Part shown: piece after piece, positions 40,101 through 47,700 of the stretch
Layout: every line of letters starts with the position of its first letter
Position numbering within the stretch: the first letter of the stretch is position 1
Assembly (NCBI GenBank): GCA_963666365.2
Contig: CAXXNF010000001.1
Location: forward strand, 224,001 to 288,000
Reading direction: 5' to 3'
Length of the DNA stretch: 64,000 bases
From: Syntrophales bacterium
GTDB taxonomy: Bacteria; Desulfobacterota; Syntrophia; Syntrophales; UBA2210
Notes under the pieces: model-generated
What the model was told of the DNA's origin: nothing
The model's database searches: none
Seen by the model: only the letters and a program-made list of their open reading frames with translations
Made by a program: the position numbers and the translations under genes

Positions 40101-40136
40101 ACGTACCCTGGGAAGAGAATGGCCGGGTATTCTCAT
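31113..40136 (-). CDS. Giant secreted multidomain surface protein: beta-helix (NosD-like), 4x DUF1566/Lcl, choice-of-anchor-D-like, about 10 Ig-like repeats, DUF11, C-terminal dockerin
   Basis: YATIQAAVD; four RF.DNGDGTV.D..TGL.W..DWR.P...EL..L..WSST domains; A.AG.GG.I.P.G repeats; LTYTITVTNRGPDDA; GDFNNDGEVGLAD..GDVNGDGKAGVEDLIY. Confidence 0.9.
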   Translation of the reverse strand: MRIPGHSLPRVRLILFLCLILWLPRYVPAACHSGCANCAADIPYSTSSAGNTVCEDACADPYPGLQLSQADLFVLRHKLSYFLFAYQQYRSAMYHHFEMFQNMTPYSDHVDMKTLGPLYAEDFQKIKEIEAIRNADDGAVFLMKEAKEKVSFDNLAKEGAGALVEYAMEYLGVPPLLMPLQTFKNNAAFLATSTLAGLSGMMDNFYRGAAELYLYRAWQDSWGDELYEVGSNLVEPADQTGAAIKNLSDAVALIDAGFSYGATAEANMAAVDALRASLSAGKAVAGAVHVKASTTKTRLGYGWIQQWILSALSTAGMDPLADVGDVDGNGTNDMLYEAILLAWMGELRGLEGLAALHADTVTEYTRPRVQTLVFTAPSESDETAGVDRYPVPSIGDLSAYVADDLPETATHTVGPGRQYATIQAAVDASTPGDSIEIFPKGDGEYYEEPVRIATPNLTLFCRDRENPAVAARPEGEHYLDYGFRIAASGVRLYNMRILRTVTGIILDGADNCTIGGNHIQWSCCGIAINNGNNNVIEGNRIYETLANALRVERGYGNRIFSNALFLKNGVEGGAAAYDGGANAWDDGNSTGNAWSDYSGTGSYCIAAGKEKDDRVYGAADVPAGTALELKIFIEGLFGNDDYTVDIYFGDPANGGQCINDAPLDVSRWGSRGIARMTWDTSGYFGPQDIYATLLVDGGNKVSEKVILRPRGTFDATGPVYAADLRDIQAGDLLTVNGGDIVWVPSPYTSPAVEVASGGALSVGDAVFSNTDSLPIRVAEGGTLSLAGTQMGAKVSLVYGTTPLIPNYSPPASDFAVDLDGQSITLVKAGPLLLTDCAFPDYGLSISGASGVSLEGVTCRELTLSNMDFSATVSGRLRDSAIEKISLSGCNNFDIENMDFSGTETPLFLSDCENITVEACTFNRTSANAIAGEGLLKNIVIRENVFAGCEGGIEFSIDNGSSHIDVSSNSFDGLWNSSFYGIAVAGTSLLNAADLVIGKNIFSDASSVTGLRLQNVAGAKVHDNVFDDLDCGMSLIGCNSVVSWHNSFIYCSAIDDGGNQWSFEGWGNYWYDHVCSNPDPVHPGVCLDAYGNDNGVSDEYPLTGKGAPAGVVEIPQTAYWDGLADHYSCYDDDGYSIDCAGSGQDGDARAGVAWPEERFTELGDGTVRDNLTGLVWYGDGNPVGSHYPAFDGDGNADGRVTWHHALAFVAGVNDGTFGDCAAGYNDWRLPNVNELISLMENDEFTTAQFIGPRGFNNVPADALYWSSTCDNNADFVYAWGADFGETRRIDRFFRDEIGVSSPDTLHVLLVRGGQENDRDPLYPANVAKTGQGASHSAASGDDGDTRRGVAWPDPRFVDNGDGTVTDALTGLVWMKNASPAATAGYSGGTLTWRQALDFVAALNDETYYNHEIYPNLNAGYADWRLPNFKELESLVDFSRYDPSLAEGHPFINVAGSCWSSTNVLLDPSMAYYVSFSKGRFGRSEKANEYALWPVRGGRVEKGNDPVIGVNRSVRDFGSVDVGADPSYDHVLEVTIGNSGAGDLTLGPVYLFGGDRDDFYFLYHSPPSNAVIMPSQQIQCSVGFAPLSRGVKKTFLIITSDDPHYPSVTVPLTGTGIAHTLTVDFSGNGSGEVEISAEGYDTIRAREDTELVLNPGTLVRLYPLADEGTAAGQWSGACTGTGSATLTMDGDTQAVITFTLRTLEIVSSIRDTEYHVAGGRIDPAGTTTVNYGGDSTYRITPDTYYNIADLRVDGLSAGVSDSYIFTGVTEDHTIEAVFELQKFIVTGTAGAHGTISPSGPQVVDATYGITFDITPDEGYHVADVTDNGLSVGAVSSYEIGIVEEDHIVEATFAVTTYSVTPCAAPHVVFTPSETQTVPHGGSCSFSVDAETGYAIADVCVNGVSIGAVDAWTFDAVTSDQTICAVAVEVHRITATAGYQGAIAPAGVSSFPAGSDATFVITPDVGYEIDDVRIDGVSIGAVDSYTFSDIHADHTIDVSFRIRTFTVDIAAGAGGAVIPAGSRVIEYGDSLVIAITPDEGFETAQVVVDGTDRGPVAGSLLLSYIEADHVVEVVFHEISYPITPAFSGQRTSYAQGDDGDLHVGPPWPEPRFTDNGDGTITDHYTGLMWIGRIDLFGDLAPTWQDTFALVQSLNVSSQNYVNYGYSASYNDWRVPNVFEMTSLVMNGRESNVVEWLNSFGFSLYSMAFWTSTSFHSSSASAYRCSLGASAALSTIAKTNHYFFLPVRGRGSGSAKIPKTGQTESYATGDDGDLQRGLAAPAVRFKENGDGTVTDSMTGLQWLKKADPVGVLYPSYDTFGNCRNEGRVSWQMALDFIAGINDGTYRVSESPCTDWRMPAIYELASLFDVSKIYSEGGTIPGMPFEDVRSMYWSSTSRPADPATVAWVGNFWEMRIDAMSKEADMNGANVWPVRTVGLSDMEVSLSADADPVLAGEALTYTITVTNRGPDDAQSVRIVDTFPQDALFISADAGEGTVNTSDGEAQFVLSGLAAGASATVTLTLKAPRGADSLMNDATVKGPNIDPDESNNAVHMDTEVTRIYTFTLVREGNGGGVVLSIPGGIECGDLCSAEFLAGTEVTLLATPDETSNFGGFTGVESWSGTTCTISVDRDREIGAVFTLKRYTVTAIAGAGGTIWPPGASEYDHGTSGVVYTIDADWGHYIEDVHVDGVSQGPIDSYTFDDIASDHTVEATFGTVQYTISADAGSGGWIDPSGEAPVYHGGDLTFTIGADEGFHVSSVIVDGLVLPEPVDTYTFIEVTNDYHSIAAWFEANRYIISATAGAGGYIDPAGDSTVTHGGEITYYMGAGANYHLEDVLVDGLSVGPVETYVFSNVNEGHAIEARFALNEHEITPVSSGRGKILPSEPVYLEDHESYMWMFVPDPGASLIDVAVDGMSVLAAVIPADPLYGMPAHYTLSDVIADHVIEAVFSSEYIRGDFNNDGEVGLADSVILLQVIAGTVPDDCFVTGDVNGDGKAGVEDLIYTLRKSAGLP

Positions 40137-40152
40137 TACAACTTACCTCATA

Positions 40153-40238
40153 GGGACACTTCCCTATTTTTGTGCGTGAGATCCACGTATCCGCATTTAT
40201 ATCAGTGCCTTACACACCATAAATTGGGAAGTGTCCCC
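40153..40238. repeat. REP/BIME-like element (copy 2)
   Basis: GGGACACTTCCCTATTTTT...AAATTGGGAAGTGTCCCC; internal TATCAGTGCCTTA. Confidence 0.8.
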
Positions 40239-40297
40239 TTTTGTTACCTTTTGTTATTTTTTTATGCGGTATGAATGGTTTTGAGTCAAGATAAAAG

Positions 40298-43200
40298 TCA
40301 TGACCTTTTCCTTCCGTTCACAATGCTGATGAGAACGGGAACTACATTCAGTGTGAGAAGGGTGGCGAAGGCCAGGCCGAAGATCACGGCCACGGCCATG
40401 GGCCCCCACCACTGGGACGACTCGCCGCCGATATTCCACTCCATTTTGCTGAAATCGAAGCTGATGCCCGTCGCCATGGGAAGAAGCCCCAGTATGGTGG
40501 TGACGGCCGTCAGCATGACCGGCCGGAAACGGACAAGGCCTGCCTGGATGACGGCCTCTGTCAATTCCAGACCGCGGTCCCGTAATTTATTATAATAGTC
40601 GATGAGTACGATGGTGTTGTTGACAACCACCCCGGCGAGACTGATGACACCAACGCCCGTCATGATAATTCCGAAGGCCGTGCCGGTTACGAGAAGACCG
40701 ATAAACACACCGATCAGCGAAAGCAGGACCGAGGTGAGAATGATCAGCGGTGTTGCAAAGGAGTTGAATTGCGTGATCAGTATCAAAAATATAATAAAGA
40801 GGGCGGCCACGAATGCCTTTTTGAGAAAGGTCGACGCCTTCTCCTGTTCCTGCTGCTCGCCGGTGAAGTTGAGCATATATCCCCGGGGCCAGTCGAAATC
40901 AGCCAGGCGCTCCTTTATATCGGCAATGACATCATTAGCAAGGCGCCCCGACACATCACCGGAGATGGTGACGATCCGTTTCTGATTGAGCCGGTTGACG
41001 GCCCCGACGCCACTGCCCAGGCTTACCGACGCCACCGATGTCAGGGGAATCGGTTCACCCTGCGGTCCCGATACGGTAATTCGCTTAACGCTTTCCACGC
41101 TTCGACGGTCGCGCTCGGGAAGCCGCGCAATGATGTCGTACTCATCCTTCCCCAGTCTGAAGACGCCTGCCTTGACGCCGTTGATGGCGGCCTTGACGGT
41201 ATAGGCGATGGTAAAGGTATCGAGGCCCACCAGCGCCGCCTTTTCCCTGTCCACCCGCACCACGATCTCCGGTTTGCCCTTCACGAAGTTGTCCTTCAGA
41301 TCGACAAGCCCCGGAACATCGCTAATCCGATTCCGTATGCGGTGGGCCAGGTCGCCAAGCACCAGGATATCATCGCCGGTAATTTCCATGTTGACCGGCG
41401 CGCCCGTGGGCGGTCCCTCTTCTTCTTTTTCCACCTGCACCTCGGCGCCTGTAATGACGGCCAGAATCCTCTCTCGTAACTCCTTAATTATTTCCGAGGA
41501 GGGGCGGGAGCGGTCATGGAAGTCTTTGAAGTCGATGGCGACCCGGTTGATATGGGTCCCCGTTCCCCCCTGCGAGAAAGGATCGCCGCCGACGGAGCCC
41601 ACGTTGGCGATGACATACTGGAGGTCTTCGTATTCGGCCGCGATCGCCTCGACCTGGCGCACCAGCCGGTCCGAGGCATCCAGATTGGTGCCTTCAGGCG
41701 CCTTCAGGAACACATAGGCCCTGCGAGGCTCCGTCTCGGGAAAAAATTCCACGCCCCTGCCGAAGAGAGAGAAGCTGCCGATCGACCCGATCAAAAGCAC
41801 AAAGGCCATGGTCATCACCGCACACCGGTGGCCCAGCGACCATTCAAGGATGCGCAAGTAGATCCGCTTGACCAGCGGAAGATGGTCTTCGTCCTCCTTG
41901 CCGAAAACGCCGCCTTTAACCGACTGGTACCGGGCCGAAAGGACGGGATTGATCACAAGGGCCACAAAAAGGGAAGAACTGAGGGCAAAGATCAGCGTCA
42001 GGGGCAGAAATCCCATGAACTCGCCCATGATGCCCGGCCAGAAAAGCATGGGGACAAAGGCGCCCAGGGTGGTCAAGGTCGAGGTAATGACAGGCCAGGC
42101 CACTTCATCCGTGCCGTTTTGTGCGGCCTCGACCCTCGACTCCCCTTCCTGCATGTGCCGGTAGATATTTTCCACGATCACGATGCCGTTGTCGACGAGC
42201 ATCCCCAGGGCGAGTATGAGGGAAAAAAGCACTACCATATTGAGCGTGATGCCACCGGCGGTGAGCATGAGGAAGGTCATCAGCATGGAATAGGGGATGG
42301 CAAGCGCCACAAAGAGCGCCGACCGCCCGCCGATAAAAATAAAAATTACCGCCAGCACCAGGATCAGACCCGAAAGGATGTTGTTTTCCAGATCCGCCAC
42401 CATCAGATTCACATCTTTCGACATATCCGAGGTGAGATCTATCTTCAGGGCGGGCGGAAGCAGCGGGCGAAGTTCGTCAACCACCTTTTTCACCTCGTCG
42501 GTCACGGTGACAATATTCTCACCGCTTCGTTTCAGCACGGCAAGGGTGACACTCTGCTCGCCGTTTATCCTGCTTCGGGTCAAGGGGTCTTTGTAGCTGT
42601 CGCTGATGACCGCCAGATCTCTAAGATAGACGGGCTTCCCGTCCCTGACAAAGGCAACGAGCGAGAATATCTCGGCGGGGGTTTTATAATCCTCCGGCAC
42701 GCGGACTAGGTACTTGATGGGACCGATATCCATACTCCCGCTGGGCATGTTTACATTGCCCCGCTCCACCGCGGCAATCAACGTGGAAAAGGGCACGTTA
42801 TAGGCGGCCACTCGATCCAGGTCAAATTCGACATGGATCTCCCGTTCGAGACCGCCCGTCAGGCGCGCCTCCAGCACTCCCGGCACCGCTTCAATCCTGT
42901 CCTCGAATTCATCGGCAAACGTCTTGAGGCGGCGCAGGCTGAAGGGTCCCGAAAGCACCACGCGAATGACGGGATAATCGGACAAGTTGAACTCCTGAAT
43001 CACCGGATCATCGGGAAGCTCTGCGGGAAGATCCGATTTGGCCAGATCGACTTTGTCCCGCACCTTCTGAAGGGCGTCGTCGATATCGACCTTTGGCAGA
43101 AACTCGATCGCCACCGTGGAAATGCCTTCAGCCGAAGTGGAACGAATTTCTTCCACATCGGCAAGGCCTTTCAGCTTCCGCTCGATGGGCATAGTGATGA

Positions 43201-43384
43201 GCTTTTCCATATCCTCGGGCGCCACCCCCTCATAGGTGGTGGTGACAAAAATATAGGGAATAGTGATGTCGGGGAAGGACTCGCGGGGAAGCGCGACATA
43301 GGCGTAGAGACCGGCAATGAGAATAACTGCCAGAAGCGCCAGGACCGTTGCCTGCCGTGTGAGCGCAGCCCGATTGACGATCAT
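40298..43384 (-). CDS. RND efflux transporter permease (AcrB/AcrD/AcrF family)
   Basis: LPRESFPDI, LGMLVDNGIVIVENI, GVVVNN, RFRPVMLT; 1028 aa with the two-repeat TM topology. Confidence 0.95.
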   Translation of the reverse strand: MIVNRAALTRQATVLALLAVILIAGLYAYVALPRESFPDITIPYIFVTTTYEGVAPEDMEKLITMPIERKLKGLADVEEIRSTSAEGISTVAIEFLPKVDIDDALQKVRDKVDLAKSDLPAELPDDPVIQEFNLSDYPVIRVVLSGPFSLRRLKTFADEFEDRIEAVPGVLEARLTGGLEREIHVEFDLDRVAAYNVPFSTLIAAVERGNVNMPSGSMDIGPIKYLVRVPEDYKTPAEIFSLVAFVRDGKPVYLRDLAVISDSYKDPLTRSRINGEQSVTLAVLKRSGENIVTVTDEVKKVVDELRPLLPPALKIDLTSDMSKDVNLMVADLENNILSGLILVLAVIFIFIGGRSALFVALAIPYSMLMTFLMLTAGGITLNMVVLFSLILALGMLVDNGIVIVENIYRHMQEGESRVEAAQNGTDEVAWPVITSTLTTLGAFVPMLFWPGIMGEFMGFLPLTLIFALSSSLFVALVINPVLSARYQSVKGGVFGKEDEDHLPLVKRIYLRILEWSLGHRCAVMTMAFVLLIGSIGSFSLFGRGVEFFPETEPRRAYVFLKAPEGTNLDASDRLVRQVEAIAAEYEDLQYVIANVGSVGGDPFSQGGTGTHINRVAIDFKDFHDRSRPSSEIIKELRERILAVITGAEVQVEKEEEGPPTGAPVNMEITGDDILVLGDLAHRIRNRISDVPGLVDLKDNFVKGKPEIVVRVDREKAALVGLDTFTIAYTVKAAINGVKAGVFRLGKDEYDIIARLPERDRRSVESVKRITVSGPQGEPIPLTSVASVSLGSGVGAVNRLNQKRIVTISGDVSGRLANDVIADIKERLADFDWPRGYMLNFTGEQQEQEKASTFLKKAFVAALFIIFLILITQFNSFATPLIILTSVLLSLIGVFIGLLVTGTAFGIIMTGVGVISLAGVVVNNTIVLIDYYNKLRDRGLELTEAVIQAGLVRFRPVMLTAVTTILGLLPMATGISFDFSKMEWNIGGESSQWWGPMAVAVIFGLAFATLLTLNVVPVLISIVNGRKRS

Positions 43385-44439
43385 TGCACCTGGACCCGCA
43401 TCCCTTCTTCGATCTCGGTCTGTCCGGAAATCACGACATCATCCCCTGCCTCCAGGCCTTCGGCAATCTGAATGCGTTCCCCATTGATGACGCCGATTGA
43501 TACGGTCCTGGCATGGGCGATGCCATCTTTCACCACAAAGAGCACCCGCTCACCCCCTTTATCGACCAGCGCTTCAAGGGGAACCGCCAGCGCGTTCTGA
43601 ATGTGACGGCGCACAAAGGTCGCTCTCGCAATCATGCCGGGACGGATTACATGATCTCTGTTTTCAAGAATAATTCTGGTTTGAAAGGTTTTGGTGACCG
43701 GATCCGCCTTGTAGGCAACAAAATCGATAGGCTCCTCAAAGGTCATTTCGGGAAGGGCATCGACAGTGACTATTGCCTGGCGGCCCACCTTTATGTAGGG
43801 AACATCGATTTCGGGTACACTCACGTTAACCTTGACTTTATCGATATCCACCAGATCGATGACCGGGGCGCCCCGTCCGACATACTCGCCCACATCGACA
43901 TAGACCCTGTTTACGAGGCCCGCACAGGGGGACACCAGAAAGCCCCTTTTATACTCCACGCGAGCCCTACGGAGCGTACTTTCAGCCAGATCGCACTCCG
44001 TCTTGCTGCGATCGAATTCCTCCTGAGACGCCACTTTCCGTTCCAGGAGCTCTTTCCGGCGCTGGAATTGACTTTCGGCCAAGCGAAAGGATGCCTCGGC
44101 GCTGTCAAGGGCGGCCTTCAGGGCCGACACCTCAATCTTTGCGATGAGTTCCCCTGCCTTGATCCTGTCCCCTTCAGTGGGACCGACCCACTCCACCAGC
44201 CCATCCAGATCGGCGGCCAGACGGACATCCTCGTAGGGTTCCGTTTCTCCCGGCAGCAAAAGCAGATCCCTGATCGTTCCCGGCGTCACGTTCATAACCG
44301 ACACCTTGACCGCCAGCCGCTCGGCAGCGGTCGACGCCGTATCCACCCTGTTATCGGAACATCCCATAAAGATCAGTGCAATGATCAACGCGCATATCAC
44401 TCGAATTATTATCGGGGGTACGGTAACGTTCATGACCAT
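43381..44439 (-). CDS. RND periplasmic adaptor (membrane fusion protein), probable lipoprotein
   Basis: IFMGC lipobox, lipoyl/hairpin motifs, IRPGMIAR, GLEAGDDVVISGQ; ATGA overlap with the permease. Confidence 0.93.
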   Translation of the reverse strand: MVMNVTVPPIIIRVICALIIALIFMGCSDNRVDTASTAAERLAVKVSVMNVTPGTIRDLLLLPGETEPYEDVRLAADLDGLVEWVGPTEGDRIKAGELIAKIEVSALKAALDSAEASFRLAESQFQRRKELLERKVASQEEFDRSKTECDLAESTLRRARVEYKRGFLVSPCAGLVNRVYVDVGEYVGRGAPVIDLVDIDKVKVNVSVPEIDVPYIKVGRQAIVTVDALPEMTFEEPIDFVAYKADPVTKTFQTRIILENRDHVIRPGMIARATFVRRHIQNALAVPLEALVDKGGERVLFVVKDGIAHARTVSIGVINGERIQIAEGLEAGDDVVISGQTEIEEGMRVQVQ

Positions 44440-44793
44440 CTCGCTCTCATATGCGTTCCTTGAAATGTGCTACTATAGGGCATTGTTCATTGTTTTCAAA
44501 GCATTTTATTCTCACTTTTTTCAAGGAATAGAAAACGTATAGACAGGGCATCACAATAATGTTATGTAGGAAATAATATTTTTTCAAAAGCACGTTAACA
44601 ATTGAGCATGGCAATTGCAACGATGGTCTGAGTCATTCATATCACGCATACAGGACCGATCTCAGGCATGTTACCTGCGCTGCTCTTCTGAAGGGAAGTT
44701 TTCATACTTCATATCGACTTAAAATAAAATCTGTTTAGTACCATATAGTAACTATCGATGGCCTGAATCACGCCATCCTGAGGAGTGTATGAT

Positions 44794-47700
44794 ATGAACA
44801 GGCCTCTCAGCATAGTTCTTTCTTGTTTGATTCTTGTAATTTGCGTACTTGCAGCACCCTCTGCACCTCTGTTCGCCGAGCCCGGCTCGCTGCTCTGGAG
44901 ATCGCCCCTGTCGAGCGGCGGTCCGTGCACCTGGTCCACACCCGTGGTAACAGGAAGCCGGTGCTATGTACAGGATCAGGAGGGCGGCATATACTGCTTT
45001 AACACGGCCGACGGTGAACAGCTCTGGTACAAGAAATTATCGGGCGGCTGGCCGACCGCGTCGCCTGTGTATAAAAACGGCAAGTTGTTCGTGTTTGCCG
45101 GAAGCGGCATCGATTTCGACGTTGTCGATACCGTCTACCGTCTCGATCCCCTCTCTTGCGGGGCTGTCGAAACGCAATTTACGCCGGCGCCGGGCGTCGC
45201 CATCAGCGCAATGTCTCCTGCCGTTTCGGATACGATGGTCTACGTTCCCACATCATCGACCCTTTATGCCATCGATGCGGGCACCTTTGAAAAAGCATGG
45301 GAGATGTCAGTTCCGGGGGCAAGCGTCATTATCGGGGGAGAAATCCTCTATGTCCTCGCCGACAAGCTCTACGGCGTTGATGCGCAAACCGGGAAAGAAT
45401 ACTGGCGCATGGACCCGCCCCACAGCACGGGATTCGATATGGGAGCCCTGTCGGGGGATATTTTGGTGGCGTATACAAAATATTCGGGTTCGCCCGACTA
45501 CGTATCCAAACTCCACGCCTTTCGACTGAGTCCGGAAAATATGGGTGCCTCCTTGCTGGCCACCTCCGTTGATCCTCCCTCATTGCTCTGGTCTTTCACG
45601 CCCACCGACCACGCATATTCGGATTGGTCCCCACCGGCCATAGACGCCAGCATATCGAGGGTGTATGCAGTAAACAGAGCCGGATATTTGTGGGCCTTCG
45701 ATCTTGAAGGCGACGGGACTCTTCTCTGGAACAGGCCTGTCAGGGGAAGCGGAATGGCATCGGCAAAACCGGTCGCTCTTGACGGCAAGGTCTATATACA
45801 AGCGGCGGGAACTTCCGGAGAATACGGCACTCCTCACTGGCTTGTCTGTTATGATGTAAATGAACTGGAGAAGTTCTTGGAATATGATGATCCAAATGAC
45901 CCGGATACGTTCTGGCAATCGGAATCGTTGGTGGATCTATGGAATGCAAACGCGACCCCGGAGGATATAGAACGACGGGCCCAATGGGAGGCGGACGGGT
46001 TCACCATCGGTGAGATGAAAACCGCCTGGGGCTCCCCGGCGGTCGTGAACGGCAAAGTTTATATAGCCACGGACCACGGCGGCGGAGTACTCGCCTTCGA
46101 AGGCGAACCGTCGGAGCACAGCTGGTACATGATCAGCCAGAATCCGCACCTTACCGGGTCAGTTGACGGGTCTCAGAAAGACTTTTACAATTCCCCCTCC
46201 ACTCTCGGCCTGTCCGTAGACAACGCCACCACCGCCTTCGGCTTCAGCGATCAGCCCCCCATGAGGATCGGGCTGCCCGATTACCAGGTCAACACGGCAA
46301 CGCTCAACCTTGTGTTGCAGGGAACCCTGTTCTGGATGAAAACCAGAGGCCCCTCCGTTGCCGCCGCACTGGTGTACAACGCAGACCATACACTGCATTC
46401 CGGCCTGTTCGGTCACGGATGGCGCTTCGCCTATGAATCCACCGCAACCATCGGCTGCTCCAGCCACGCCATAGATATCCGCAAGGGAAGCGGGCAGGTC
46501 CTCACCTTCACATCGACCGAAGACCTGACCGCCGATCCCGACACCCTTGACTACCCTCTGGAACTTACCCCCCCCACGGGTAATTTCGACCGCGTCACCG
46601 TGTATGAAGGGTACTGCGAATGGTTTGAAAAATCCTCCCGGTTTACCTACCGGTATGACAAATCCACCCTGGAGGGATCGCAAATCTATTACCTCACCTC
46701 CATCACCGACCGGAACGGAAACCGCATTGACGTGGAGGTGGACCGGACAAACGGACACATCACCTCCGTCACCGGGCCGGCGGACCGCCAACTGACGATG
46801 ACCTATGATGCCGACAGCCGCTGTACTCAGATTGCGACCCCGGCTTTCGATTCCCGATCCCTTGCCTTCGAATATGACGAAGAGGGGTTTCTCACGGCGG
46901 TTACCGACATGGCGGGCTACCGCAGCACCTACGAATACGATGACGACGGATACATGACCAGGATGACCCGGGACAGCCACTGGGCGACCTTCGAATACGC
47001 ATCCCGGGGATCGGGCCTGGGGAAATACGTGACGAAGGTCACGGACAGCGATGTCGGGTGGACCCTCTATGAACTCCTGAAGCAGGACCCGGTGGAGGTG
47101 CGGCGTACCAGCCGGCAGGGCAAGGCGAGGATTTTCAAAAGCAACGACGGCCTGACCGGGTCGGTAACGGACCCCCTGGGCAACGTCAGCACCATCGGAT
47201 ACGAGAACAAGCTGCCCGTCAGCTTCAAGGACAGAAACGGGCACATAGAGCGTCTGGTATACGACAACCGGGGAAATGTCACCACACAGATAGACGCCCT
47301 GAACCGTTGGACCCGGTTTTCGTACAACAGCGATGACACGCTTCACTCCATGACCAACCCGCTTTCCGAAACCTGGTACTACGCATACGACTCGCATCAG
47401 AACCTGACACGAGTCACCTCGCCCGAAGGCAACATCACACAGATCAGCTACGACAGTTACGGTCAGGTCAATAAAATTACCGATCCCAACGGCCATGTCA
47501 CCGATTATTATTACGACATCTGGGGCAATCTGAAAACCGTGGAAGATCCCCTGGGCAATGTCACCCGGTTCGGCTATGACGGATCCCATCTCCATTGCAT
47601 ATACATCACCGATGCACGGGATAATGAAAAACAGATACTCTACGACGACAACGACCGCCTGAGCCGCGTCTATTATGGGCCGGACTACGAAGGACCCAGC

